Below, piece after piece: positions 50,546 through 63,400 of a stretch of DNA of 64,000 nt (the stretch's first letter is position 1; every line of letters starts with the position of its first letter). Where the stretch lies: NCBI GenBank assembly GCA_977016875.1, contig CDRNST010000104.1:1-64000 (forward strand), written 5' to 3'. The position numbers and the translations under genes are program-made. Origin of the DNA: Pavona decussata. Taxonomy: Eukaryota. Below the pieces are notes generated by a model. It did not search any database, was not told where the DNA came from, and saw only the letters and a program-made list of their open reading frames with translations.

Positions 50546-51160
50546 CATTCAATTCCTTCTCACTCAAGTTTTGCTTTGAATTCTATCAAGAATTATGAAT
50601 GCTTTGAAAAGCTACATCAAACATTCGAAAGGGTGTTTCATTCAATTTTCAAACACCTCAAAGTTGGTTAAATAATATTATTCGGCTGCACGTCGTTTTC
50701 AACCAACTTCTCAAATCGGATGAAACACTCTCCTTCGAGTCTTTTAATGCTTCACAAATGTTATTCGGCTTAGATAGCCAGACAGGACTGCCAACATCGG
50801 AACCAAAATGTAACGTTCTACAAACTTAAAAATTTGTTTACATTCTTCTGGATACCACCTGCAGACTTTCGATGCTGATTGAGTTGCAGAAAGATTTCCC
50901 AATTAAGTCAATTGAAACGAAGACTTACCTTACAGAAGCCGACCTAAAACTTGTCGAGTACCCATTTATCGCAAAATAATTGTACGATAAGGTCGTTCGG
51001 CTTCTTAGACCAATAGTTACGACCATTTTCAATGAAACAGCAACAGAAAGAGAAGTAATGAAACTAAACAAAAGTGAATCTGCTAGTTCTTGTAAATTCC
51101 TCACTTATTACCTCACCACTTTGTTTCCTTCAGCGTTGATTTAAACAGTCCTTCTGTGAC

Positions 51161-54100
51161 ATGGAGGCCGGAAACATTTTCCTTTTTTTTGTTGTGGTGG
51201 GTGCTGCAATATCAGGCCAGACAGTGGGTAAGTTGTAAGTATAATTTCTAAAAAGATACAAAATATAATGGGTTCAAAACTCGACCTATAGCTAACCAAG
51301 ATTTCCCAAATATGTCAATGTATTTAACTGAAAAAGCTCAAGCATTTTTGTTTTTTATCCGTAACGCTCTAAACGTGTTACTCATAAAATGCTAGCACAT
51401 ATTTTTACTTGTGTATTGCAGTATAAATATCCCTTTCACGAACTGATTTGTCGTGAAAAACCACTTATAGAGAGCAGTGAGCCACATGATCTCCATTGTA
51501 AGTGTAGAACAATTTAAAGATAGTCGTAGCCCCTGAACGCCTCTGAGCAACATTTAGCGCATAGGCAAATAAATTAAGACTCTATTTTGATTGGTACGAC
51601 GATTGTTCCACCGGAATGTTATTTACTCTTTCTAGGCGGTCCATGTGACGAGACATTGGACTTTGAAGACGCAAGACAGAGAAGTTGCTTTGTTGTTCCA
51701 TCCGGTTTCAGAGGAAGCCTTGTACGATCCACTAATTTCGCCAAAGATGGGACGTATTCTCTTAAATTTGAGTCCGACCCTACTGGACCATCACGATTCA
51801 GGTATCAAAGGCCATCATCTGCTCCTATTCAACGCCACGACTTGTGGAGAGGGGGTATTAAGATCTGGATTTACATGGAACGTACGGCACCAAGGCAACA
51901 GATGGAGGTCAGGCTTACAGACAGCACAAGAGCAAGCACTCTAGTAGGATCTTTCATGGTTGACATGGACTTTAAAGGATGGAGAGGAATATGGGTGTCT
52001 TATGACGAATGTAAAGCAACTTTAGCCAGCCTAAGAGGAAGAGCGAGAATAACTACAGTCGACTTCGTTTTAAACCATCGCGATACCATTTACATTGATT
52101 TGCTAGATTTTGTGCCCAACCTTGCCTTCCAGACAAGAGATAAAATTGTTCCTCCTTTCACCAGGTTTGGACCAAAGTACACTTATCGCGACTTTTGGCA
52201 ACGAAGCTATCACTGGAGTCAGCTGGCTCCAACTGCTCTTCCCGCAAGCATTGATGCTTCAATGACTTCAAGCATTGCTCACATTGAAAGTCGCTTACGA
52301 AACTGGTACTGTGACGAGACGACCACAACTTATGACTTGACAGGAGATGTACAGGAACGTTGGAAGTCACTTACGAGAAGCTTCGACTCTGCACACAGGG
52401 AATATGACAGGCTTAATTTAAAAACAGGACCTCCGCCCTTGTTTTGCTTAAGATGCACACGGGGATCAAGCACGTATTCCTCTACTGACCCTGCAAGGAA
52501 GTTTGGGTTCGTCATGTCGCGCGTTTTGCTGCCTTTAGCAATAGAATTGCATCTAAGATCAAGGAGTGACGAGATAACAAGGACCGTGACGGAAGAAACC
52601 CCTCACTTGAATTCCCGTAGACGCCGTGTCGTGCGAAAATCAATAAAACGAATTTGTGGATCAAACACAGCAAGGCAGAACGAGTTTGAACGCAATCTCA
52701 AAGCAAGAGGAACGCCTTATACACAAGCCAAAGTAAGAAATTCATTAGATTACATCAACCAAGAACGTCTTCAAAGGATTTTGGATGTCCTGGATTATCT
52801 TGAAGACCAAGGATGGGCAGACGGAAGTGCTATAGGTTCCCTGTACCTGGAGTTGCTGCAAAGTGGCGCTGGATTCAGTCATAGTCTTTACCTCCTCAAA
52901 GAAACTTTGAACAAAACTCCAGCAACCAAAAACAGGCTTCTTAAATTGATTGCAACCGCTAAGTGGTATAATGACTTTGGAGAAGTTTACCAGTCATCAT
53001 TCGAGTACAGTGGAACAACAGCTGACTTCATGATAACAAGAATGATATTTCGGCTTCTCATTGTTCTAGCAATGCCTAGTACTACCATTGACGAAAAAAA
53101 GGAAAGACAACGGGATATGGCGGCCTTGCATAGATGGATGGAAAATGCGTTGGTCATAAATAGAGCATTTGGAGGAGTCGTCAAACCCGATTACACTGGC
53201 TTCCATCACATGGCATTTTACGCTTCTGCATACATACCAGACGGATTGCACTCGGCAGCTCAAGTGCAATATCTTTTAGAAGGAACGAACTTTGAATTAT
53301 CAAGTGAATCCAAACGCAATTTACAAGAAAGTCTGAAAAACATGAGAACAATTGCTGTTAAGTATTCCACACCGAGCAGTGTAGGAGGACGCTTCCCAGG
53401 CTATTCCAATAAAATCCTTTTGAGCGATCTTCCAGCTTATGCATACATAAGCGTATCTCATCCAGGATCCCTTGCAGCAACTCCTGCGAAAGGTATAATA
53501 ATTCCTCGCCTGACCAGAGATGCAGAAATGTTCAAACGTTTGTACAGCTCTACAGACCCTATTGTCTTAAAGCATCTACGCAATGGAAGAGTCCATCCAG
53601 GAAAGTCGTACCGCAACAGCCTTGGATCGCTTCAAATAATGAGCACAGTAAGTAAGAAAAAGATTAATTCCGCGAATTTATTCCACACTTTCCCAATAAG
53701 CAAAAAGCACGGCAAGCACTGAATGAATGCTGCCTTTCCTGGGTTTTGAGGACTCCGTAGTTTCCAAGAAGGCGTGGATAGTATCGTGTAAGCATTTCGT
53801 TACCTTTCTGGCTTTTGTCATTGTGTAACAAATCGTGGGAAGCGAGGAATAAGTACTGACTCCTAATTTTGCGATTTCATAGACAAGCACCGGTGGAGTT
53901 GTGCGTCTGAAAAGCGTGGAAAGTTCATAAAGCAAATTCCCTGCAATCACAACTTTTCCCAAGGGACAGAGAGCGGAAAGCCTAGAATGAGTGATATAGC
54001 GCATAATGCGTCAAAGGAAAACTATAAATAAGAATTTCTGTAGGTAAATGTTCTGTTTAGTATTGATGTGATTTAGGCTGTGCTAAACTGATAAAAATCT

Positions 54101-55687
54101 GGACAAAAATAATCGTTTGCTTGCCCAATTATTCTTATTGGTTTATTTAAAATACTTTTAAGTTAAGATGTTACAAAACAATTATCACACCAATGGTCAA
54201 CATCCACGTTTTGACATCAATCTTCACTCTAGGTATTTTTAAAGCCAATGACCGGTGAGTCATCCCCACAAGGTCACTGGTCAAAGAACTTTGCTGCGCT
54301 CTCAATCCATCGCCGTCAAGACTGGGCTGTATCAGTAAAGGGTTTTAACAAGTTTGTCTGGGACTTTGAACAAAGTGGCACGGAAAATCCAAACGGTATC
54401 TTTGCAAGTCACGGCTCCATGCTGATAGCTAACAACGAGGAGTCGTTGAAAGCTCATGATGTGAATGAAGGCTGGGACTGGGCGAGAATTCCTGGCACTA
54501 CTACGATGTCGCTGATTGTTGTAAGAAACGAATTAAGATTAAATAACCAAAGGAACTTCAGCCCACTTTCTTCTGCAGGAGGTGTTACCTTTCACGGAAA
54601 AGAGCCTTTTTCCAGTGGCGTGTTCGGAATGGACTTCCATCAGCCGAATTATGACTTCTCAAGCACAAGTCATCCTCATCGCAACATCCAACTGTTCTTT
54701 AAGAAGTCCGTTTTCTTTTACCAAAACCTTTTAGTCTGTCTGGGAAGTAACATAGGACTAAACAATGGACCGGGAAGAAACGCACAGACAACACTATTTC
54801 AAGACAAACTGGTGAGAGACTCTTCTACATTCTTTGTTGAGGTGGATGGCAATCGAAAACGTCACACAGCTCCATTCACAGCAATGACACCAGCCTCTGC
54901 AAGTGGTGCAAACCCTTACACTATTCTGGTAGACACAAAAGGTAACAGCTACTACATCCCAAGCTCAACTGCTTCAAATCTTAAGGTTCATGTTCAGGAT
55001 CAAGCCTCACAAGACCAGTCAGGGAAACCGTCCAGTGGTGAGTACGCCACCGCCTGGCTTGAGCACAGCTCTGCAAGTAAACGCTACGAGTACGCAGTTT
55101 ACGTAAAGACACCGTCATATCCAACCACCGCGAACACTGTCTGGAAGTTTCAAAAAAGTACAAGACCTGACCGCAAGCTATATGAAGTTCTTCAACAGGA
55201 CGATGTGGCACATGTTGTGAAATTCCGAATGGCCTTTGACCGCTTGCGTTTGCGATTAATAAGGCCATTGTATGGCTACGTGATTTATCAGTCCACGGCC
55301 GGCGCAACGCTTCCTCGTAGTGCTCCAATAAAGGAAGTTAACAAGCGCTGTCGCATCATGGCACAAGATGATGGGCGCTATGTGTACCTCAGCATCAGCT
55401 ACCCTGACCTGGATTTTAATACGTCGAGAGTGTTACACACGATAGAAGATGTAAAAGCGTGGGAAATGTTCCACATGGAAAGTATCGAAAATAGAATACG
55501 GGTGACCTTAAATTTCGATGTTGACAAGAAGTTGCCAATTCCACCGAAGGTACATGGATCACCTCCTGATTACGTACCAAAAGTCCGAGTGAAGCCTTCA
55601 CCTACATCTCCTCGCAAGAAGGGCAACAGAATTGTCTTCTTTAATCTGAAGAATGGATTTAGCGTAGAAATTAAACTGAGAAAATAG
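51161..55687 (+). CDS. Secreted chondroitin sulfate ABC lyase-like protein (PL8), ~1177 aa; exons 51161-51227, 51636-53647, 54233-55687
   Basis: Exon 1 is a signal peptide, MEAGNIFLFFVVVGAAISGQTV. GT-AG introns (phases 1 and 0) join in frame (67+2012+1455=3534 nt). Chondroitinase-ABC-like motifs: DFKGWRGIWV, DQGWADGS, KPDYTGFHH..Y, GGRFP, IHRRQDWAVSVKGF, WDFE, GWDWARIPGTT, KKSVFF, TTLFQ, YEYAV. Confidence 0.9.
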
Positions 55688-56213
55688 CTTCAAGTTCCGC
55701 GGCTATATGTAAAGTTAGACTAGTCAAGGGATATTAAAATAGGACATAAGCAAACAAGATATACTTACAGTGAAAACAGGAAAGCACAGCTTTCAAGAGC
55801 TGTTAATTGCAGGACAGGTGATTTCATTATTCACTTAAAAGTAAACTACAAAATAACATTGCATCATACATAAGGAAATCTGCCAGGTTTCCCAGCTGAA
55901 GCAATCCTTCTTCTAACGATCGTCTCTTAGCTCCGTTCTCTTCGCTATCAAGGAAACCGGAAGCGTTTTTAAAATGTAAGTAATCGGGTGGAAAAAGGCA
56001 AGTTATGTAGAGAATAAAAGTTGACAATTGAACCAGAATTTAGCTTACTTCACCAGAAAATAGGATCATTGAACTGAATAATGAGGTCAATTCCACTATA
56101 ATGAACTTTTTTAGCGAGTAAACGTTTGCTCAGTTGGATTTAAATACGGCACTCGCCAGAAATGCGAGAGACCCCACTGAAAACCGCCAAGGCGAGTGGG
56201 CTCCCTGGATAAA

Positions 56214-56287
<74 letters not shown>
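56214..56287. repeat. (ATT)n microsatellite
   Basis: Direct trinucleotide run, possibly a retroelement tail. Confidence 0.95.
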
Positions 56288-56288
<1 letters not shown>

Positions 56289-56468
56289 TTCGTGCATTAA
56301 GATCGTTGTGAAGATTCGAAACTTAATCTTTCGTTCATCGTTTCACTATAGGTAAAGACTCGTAGCCCATCCAGATGGGAAACCGGAAAATGGAGGAAAA
56401 CGTTGAAAATAGGCAGGGTGGACCACGATCGACAAGCACTTCATTCAGGAAATGTAGAAAACTCTCTA

Positions 56469-56740
56469 CAGTCAACTCCCTTTATTGCAGACATCCTCAG
56501 GGCCGCGAGTTAGAGTCCTTAATAGCGAGAATCCGTAATACAGTAAACCCCCTTTATTGCGGACACCATTAGGACCGCGAGTTAGAGTCCTTTCAAATAG
56601 CGAGCTCGATAGTCCGTAATAGCGGGAATTTAATTATTTTATTCAAACGTCTGTAATTTATTTTTGCCGGAGATTTAGCTGCTGTCCGTGTTATCAGGGT
56701 GTGTATGATAGCGAGGTCTCTGTAAGGCGAGAGTTGACTG
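56469..56740. mobile_element. Tc1/pogo-like MITE with a duplicated left end
   Basis: TA|CAGTCAACTC...GAGTTGACTG|TA, with a second left end at ~56540. Same family as 8619-8764. Confidence 0.75.
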
Positions 56741-57469
56741 TAGTTACTTTGACCCAAGGGAACGGAGATAAAAACAGTTACTGAAATTACTTTGAGGAGC
56801 CCAAGGGGAGAAATCATTTTGGATCGCTACTTTCGCGAGCCACTTGTATTTTTCAAAATACCTAACAGAGTTTTAAAATAACATACTTCTCATTAATACT
56901 TTCTCTTAAATTAGCTACATACTGCGGAAGTTCCTGTCAGTGTCCATTAAGCTTTCTAGAATACAGTTTCTATTTCAGCTGATGGGAAAAAATTGAAGTG
57001 ATAAGGCGTCAAACTTGCAATGAAGAGATATGATATCAGTGCACTTCCCGGTTTTGACTTTAGCTTGTATTGTTACCATGGACGATACTAACAAAGCTGG
57101 CACTTACACACTTACACAGGACATTCATCTTCTTAATCTTTCTTCTTGTCCACTCGGTTACATTAGAATGTTTTCTCGACACAGACATTAATTTTTTTCC
57201 AGAGAAACGTTTGTCAGTGTATTTCACAATTGCTTTCTATTCATCCTGTTGGTGAAAATTTTTAAGGCGTTCTTTAGAAAACCCAAACTGTATGTAATGT
57301 AAAATTTAGGGTCCCTACCAGGTAACATTACAGTAAATCTTCTTAACTCTAAGTTTTTCTAGTGCATTTTGTGAGCGTAACTCGTAAATTAATACAAGCT
57401 CAATTATCACTCATCAGATTCCGAAAACGTAACAAAACCAGTAAAGACCAGTTAAAATCCACGAAGCAT

Positions 57470-58175
57470 ATATTTAACAATTAGATTATGCGCACAAGAT
57501 TTCTATCGCGTGATAGTTGATGAGGGGGCAAGCCTGAATCAACTACCACGCATAGAAATCAAGAGCAAATAATCTAATTGTTTAAGTATAAAACTACTAG
57601 TCGTTCAAAACTTAACGAGACAGGTTCACGTTTTAATTGAATAATGGGAATAATATTGAATAGGTCGAATTGCATTGGCCTCTGTGTGTGTGCCTTTGCA
57701 TTTCATAAAAACCGTTTATTCGCTCGAAACTGAAACGAGGAGCCGAGTTTTTTTTATAGTAAAATGATAATCAAAGATATACTGACGTAAAAGTGCCCAT
57801 TGAGGACTATTTTCCCTAAAAACTGTGTCAGTGAAACCTAGCTCTGAATGTTTTCAGAATTTTAAAATTCCCGACTTTTAAAAGTGTAAATGAAGAAAAA
57901 AAAATCATTTAACTCTTGCTTCGACTCCTTTTTTTACCGTGAAAAATCTTCATTCCATATTTCGTTGTAATTTCTGTCTTCTCTGGAATCGCCTCGAAGA
58001 GTAAATACCCGAACATCGTCTTCACAGAGACTTCGAAAACGTGACGAAGCCGCCGCCATTTTGTTGACAACTGCACAATATAAGGCTACTCACTATCTAC
58101 AACAGAATAGATAGTGAGTAGCGTAGCCAAACAGAGATCAGCATTCGTGGTAGAACGCGAGTAGATTAAAACTAA
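57470..58175. repeat. Interspersed element bounded by internal hairpins
   Basis: Left hairpin AACAATTAGATTAT..GATTTCTAT..GATAGTTGA / TCAACTA..ATAGAAATC..ATAATCTAATTGTT; right hairpin CTACTCACTATCTA / TAGATAGTGAGTAG. Confidence 0.5.
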
Positions 58176-60459
58176 GTTGCAATAGCCTTCTCTTTTCAAC
58201 AAGTAGACTAAACAGCGTTGCCTGGTAACCACGCACCGGCTTCTCTGTCATTGATTGCAATGCTCTGAACTCCTTCATGTGTTCCTTAAATTCAACTCTC
58301 GGTTAATAACATTCAACGTGATCTTATTTTAACTTCCCTTGTGTAAAAAGGAGATGGGTCAACATGAAACAATACAGGCAACAGAATAAGACGTCGACAG
58401 GACAAAAAAAATCATGTGGCCCATAAATCATTCATCGATGTCCTGGGACGTTATCGGCTTTTTTTTTTCTTAAGTTTTTTTTTTAATTTATTTAACACGT
58501 GTTTTGACTACAGAGCGAGGCAATGCACTAAACTAATAACATACAATACACTAGACTATAATTACATACAACACATTAGTAGTATGGTAGGGATGTTTTG
58601 GTCCTCTTAACTTTTTTAGGGGGAATCTCATTAATTTGAGGGGGAATGAATTGTCAAAGATCACGGTGTCAAGATCCAAAATGAGCAGACCAACATGTTG
58701 TCCGTACTAAACACTGAAGTGCAAAAGAAAACTTGATTGTCTAGTCTTCGAGATGCTATTTATTACCCAAAGAAGACCAAAACTGAAAATACGGTCTGCC
58801 TCAATTCGCGCCAAAGTTTTCACGTAATATTCTGTGCGGTCAATTATTGATACCTTGAACGCTTTTATATCATTTGACAGTTCCAACACCTCACAACTGT
58901 CATCTTTACAACCTGAAATGAAGTCATGATGACTTAGAAACGTCGGATATTTACGCTTATTTTCATTATTAATTGTATTTCGAAATGCCCTGTTTTTTAG
59001 AATCACTGATTCTACAAGGAAATGTCCACATTTATCGAATGAAAATCGTCTTTTTTTGTCTAGCTGATATTTGCTAGTTTTTGTAAGAGGAGGATTTCCG
59101 CTGGCAGTTATAACTTAATTTAATCTTCAGTTCCCTTTCCTCAAAGTCTGTTTTAGTTTTTAAAGGACATTGGAAGTTCCCATAGATTTCTTTAGTTAAA
59201 ATTCGGCAAGTGTCTCAGCAAAGTTGTTTATTCTTCCATTTGTTGCCATAGCGACGACTCAAGCTACTAAGCAATATTCCTTCCTAAAAAGAGGTGTGCT
59301 TTCATCTTCCAGACGAGAGTCTAATGAAAAATCAAGGATATTAAGTGGAAATCTCCTCTAGCTATGGTAGTTGACTTTTAATTAAAAAGGGTTAGAAAAA
59401 AGTCAATTAAAGCGAGAAGTAAGTGATTCGTAATTTAGAAGCGCCAAAAGGAATATTAGAGGGCCTAGCTTGTTTTTAGGCTGTTTGGATAACCTCAGAT
59501 GTGTCTCTAACAGGTTAGTATCACTGTATTTCTTGATTGATCATCATTGAGTACACCAAAATAAAACACTCAGAGAACAGTGCAGTTCTAGATACTCATT
59601 CACGTCCTTTAGAATACGATTTGGGCAATTTGGTATTACAGTGCTCACGGCTGAGAATCAGCAGAAAACTCAAATGGCTAGCAAGAAAAAGAAGCGGCCA
59701 CTGGAAATATAAATGTTTCCACCAGGTTACACATATTTAGTCAAATAGCTTTCTTAGTCTGGTTATTTCCTTTGAAGAATTTTAATTTTAATTTAGGTTA
59801 GGAAGCTGTGTCCCTATTCGGATTGGTCGCAAAATATATTTTTTTCAAATGTCGCATGTGAATTACACGTTTTCCAGGCTAAATACTACCATTGGCTCTT
59901 CGTTATACTAAAATATTACCTATGGTTCCAGATAATTGTTTCAAGCCATAGTGAAAACAGCTTTTTTTATCAACCCACGTTCACAGCCTCGGTACAAATA
60001 CTGGAAAAAAAACGTATAAACGAAAATAAAATAGAACAACTCCAAAGCTTTAATTTGCAATGTAGTTAGGCATTTTTATAGCTCGCTGATATTTTTTGCT
60101 GAATCGACCGCATTTTCCAATTTGTAAAGAGTAAGAATTGCTAGTGAATATTTTTCAATGAAATTTTCTGCTAAACCCCACATTTAACCTTTAGTATCCC
60201 TGACTTGGTGATCTTCGGATTGATGTTGCATTGTTAATTAGACCAGGAAATTTACTTCAGTTTGTTTCTTTCCACCCTGGTGTATAAGTGGATACTGGCA
60301 AATCATAAGGGAAGCCTTAAATTAAAGGCCGGACATCATGATAATCTAACAGGAGAAGACATCTTAGTTCAGTGCTTTACGCTACAGAAATTCGAGTTAA
60401 AAGCGATTTCTTTGGGTCCCTCTGGCTCGAGAGTGACTTTATCTTTTAACCTACTTTAC

Positions 60460-63400
60460 TCGCATATCTGCACCGAATTTAATAAACGTCCTCAAAGATA
60501 AGAAAACAAAGCTGACAGTTTTCTTTTGGCAATGTTGGAGTTTCACAGTTTGGAATAGTGCTATTTTTCACCAAAACCAGACTGACTCGGAAGGTGTGTT
60601 CTTCTTGTTCTTCAGAGTAACAGAATGAAGACGTCGAATGAAGACTTTCTCGCGAATAGCGCGATCATAACTGATAAAAACTTCACTAGATATAACGAAC
60701 ACTGTACTGGGTCTCGATCAGGGCTTATTAACTAAGTGCTCTCTTATTCGGAAAGATTAATTTAGACTTTATTTGTAAATGACCTTATATTATTGTTTGA
60801 ATAGTGGGTACATCATGATCGGAAACTCACTCCATGAGAGCTCCCAAAATTAGTATAAGTTACGTTATCGAAACATGTCAAACTCACGAGCAATCTTCTT
60901 GCAACTGAACACGTTTTTCCTTAACTTTGCCATCAGTTGCCCGTTTTTGTCATGGTAACCCTGACCCACAACATTCAGTCCGGTTTGCAACCAACAAAGC
61001 CAAGTCCGAAGCACAATGTTCAGTGAGAAAGTGCAGGATCTTCACAAAAGATGTTGTTTTAGTTGCAGCTTACTTGCCTCACGGGAATGTGACAAACCAC
61101 CGGGAAACTAATGAGTTTATCTAACTTGTTTAATGTTATTAATCTAAAAAACAAATAAACTTTTTAAAGACAGTACGTATTTGTGGATAAACGAGCACAT
61201 AAACAAGCGGACAAATGATTATTAAATTCGGTAGCGGGCAGACGTTTGAAGGATCTCACTAAATATACGGTTATTGAGAACTGACAGGTTCGTCGAATCC
61301 TTACTGATTAAACCGATCGGTTAGTTACCTGGTAAACGTTGACTTGTTAAGAGTCTAGGTGCAAATCTGCTGTAAAATTCCCCTTGCAAACGTTTTGAGA
61401 GAGAGCCTGTAGAAGATTCTGTTTAACAGTTTTTGTCTGAATGGTAACAGTTTCGGATTTTAATTGTACGATTGGGATCCAAACGTTGCAATCCCTTTAC
61501 GTGAATAATTGAGGCCTGATCCTATAATGACGTTTTGCTGGCCCAAGTTTCGCCTCTACCCACACAAGCTCAAGTTTTGCAGGCTTTTTCTTTCCAGACG
61601 TTTAGATTACGAGGAGCAGAGGGAAAATGGCGTACGAGATAAATGTTGTGAACGAGAAGAGGGAGAGGTTAGGGAGAGAGGGAACTTCATCTTCACCTGC
61701 CATGCTCTCATATGTGCACCGAACTTAATCTGCAGCAAATGACAGCAGAGAACAAAAGTTTTGAAAATTAAACCATTCATAGATATTGTATTTGCACTAG
61801 ATAAAACCTATAACTCCTTGGAAGACAGTTTTATTTACTCAGCTGAAGTTAGCGAAGTTTCTTGCTATGCCCCCTTGTATTTCTAGTTGTCGGAGAGAAG
61901 TTAAAAGGACAAAAACTAATTGGAGAAAGATGTACCTAGTGTTTCCTGCTACTCATGCATCCATTTGAAAAGAAAGTAGCATTTCCTTAGTTTTTCAATT
62001 TCCCCCAGAGTAAGAATACAAAGCTGACAATGATTACTGTTTTCATTTGGCATTGTCTGAGCTTCACAGTTTGAAATCTTTTTATTTATCACAAAAATCA
62101 GACTGGCTGGGAAGGTGTGTTCTATAGAGTTACAGACCTACTTCGAATGAAGGGTTTCTCGGGAATAATACGATCAGAATTGATACAAACTTCACTAGAT
62201 ATATTAGCCAACCACTGTACTGGGTCTTGATCAGTCTGAGCTTATTAGTCTGATTAACTGAATCAGAAAAAAAAACTTTTGGCGCCAACTGCGCTCTTAT
62301 TCGGAAAAGATTAATTTAGACTTTACCTTCTAATTAACATTACACGATCAGACACTCACTCCATCAGAGCTACCAAAATCAGTACAGTCTTCAGTACAAG
62401 TTACGTTTATTATCGTTTACATGGATATAAACATCGCGAGCAATCTTTTTACAGTTTGAGAAAGTTTTCCCTCAACATTTCCATCAGTTTTCCACTTTAA
62501 TTTTGTCATGGTAACCCTGACCTACAACATCCAATCAGGTTTCCAACCCAAACAAAGCTGAGTCCGAAATAGCACACTGTTCAGTGAAAAAATGGTGGAT
62601 TTTCACAAAAGATGTTGTTTTAGCTACAACGTGTTTGAATAATGGGAAGATGACCAACAGCCAAGCAACTAATGAGTTTCTCTTACTTTTTTGGTAGTCA
62701 GGTTTGCAACCAACAAAGCCGAGTCTGAAACACAATGCTTAGTGAGAAAGTGCAGGATCTTCACAAAAGATATTTTTTTAGCTACAACGTGTTTGAATAA
62801 CGGGAAGATGACCAACAGCCGAGGAACTAATGAGTTTCTTTACACTTGTATAATGTTATTAATTAAAAAACAAATGAACTTTTAAAGACAGTACGTATTT
62901 GTGGATAAACAAACATATAAACAAGCGGACAAATGATTATTAAATTCGGTAGCAGCCAGACGTTTGGAGGATCTTAATGAATCTACGATTGTTGAGAACT
63001 GACAGGTTCGCCGAGTCCTTATATTAAACCGATCGGTTAGTTGCATGGCAAACGTTAAATTATTAAGAGTGTAAGTACAAATCTGCTTTAAGATTCCCCA
63101 TGCCAAAAGTTTGAGAGAGAGCCTGTAGAAGATTCTGTTTAAGAGTTTATCTGAATGATAACAGTTTCGGGTTTTAATTGTAAATCGGTTGCAATCCCAT
63201 TGGGTGAATAATTCGGGCCTGATCCTATAATGACGTTTTGCTGGCCCAAGTTTCACCCCTACGAACACAAGCTCAAGCTTTGCAGGCTTTTTCGTTCCAG
63301 ACCGGTTTAGATTACGAGGAGCAGAGGGAAAATGGCGTACGAGATAAATGTTGTGAACGAGAAGAGGGAGAGGTTAGGGAGAGAGGGGAACTTCATCTTT

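Noticed and set aside
51587-55687. Two separate lyase genes, or bacterial contamination
   Set aside because: In-frame GT-AG introns and a signal-peptide exon join the ORFs, and the flanks are animal repeats. The ORF-track starts (51587, 54248) and end (53722) are artefacts of ignoring splicing.
32399-56355. Poly-Asn, poly-Tyr and poly-Ile ORFs (32399, 40372, 56134)
   Set aside because: These are translations of (AAT)n/(ATT)n microsatellites.
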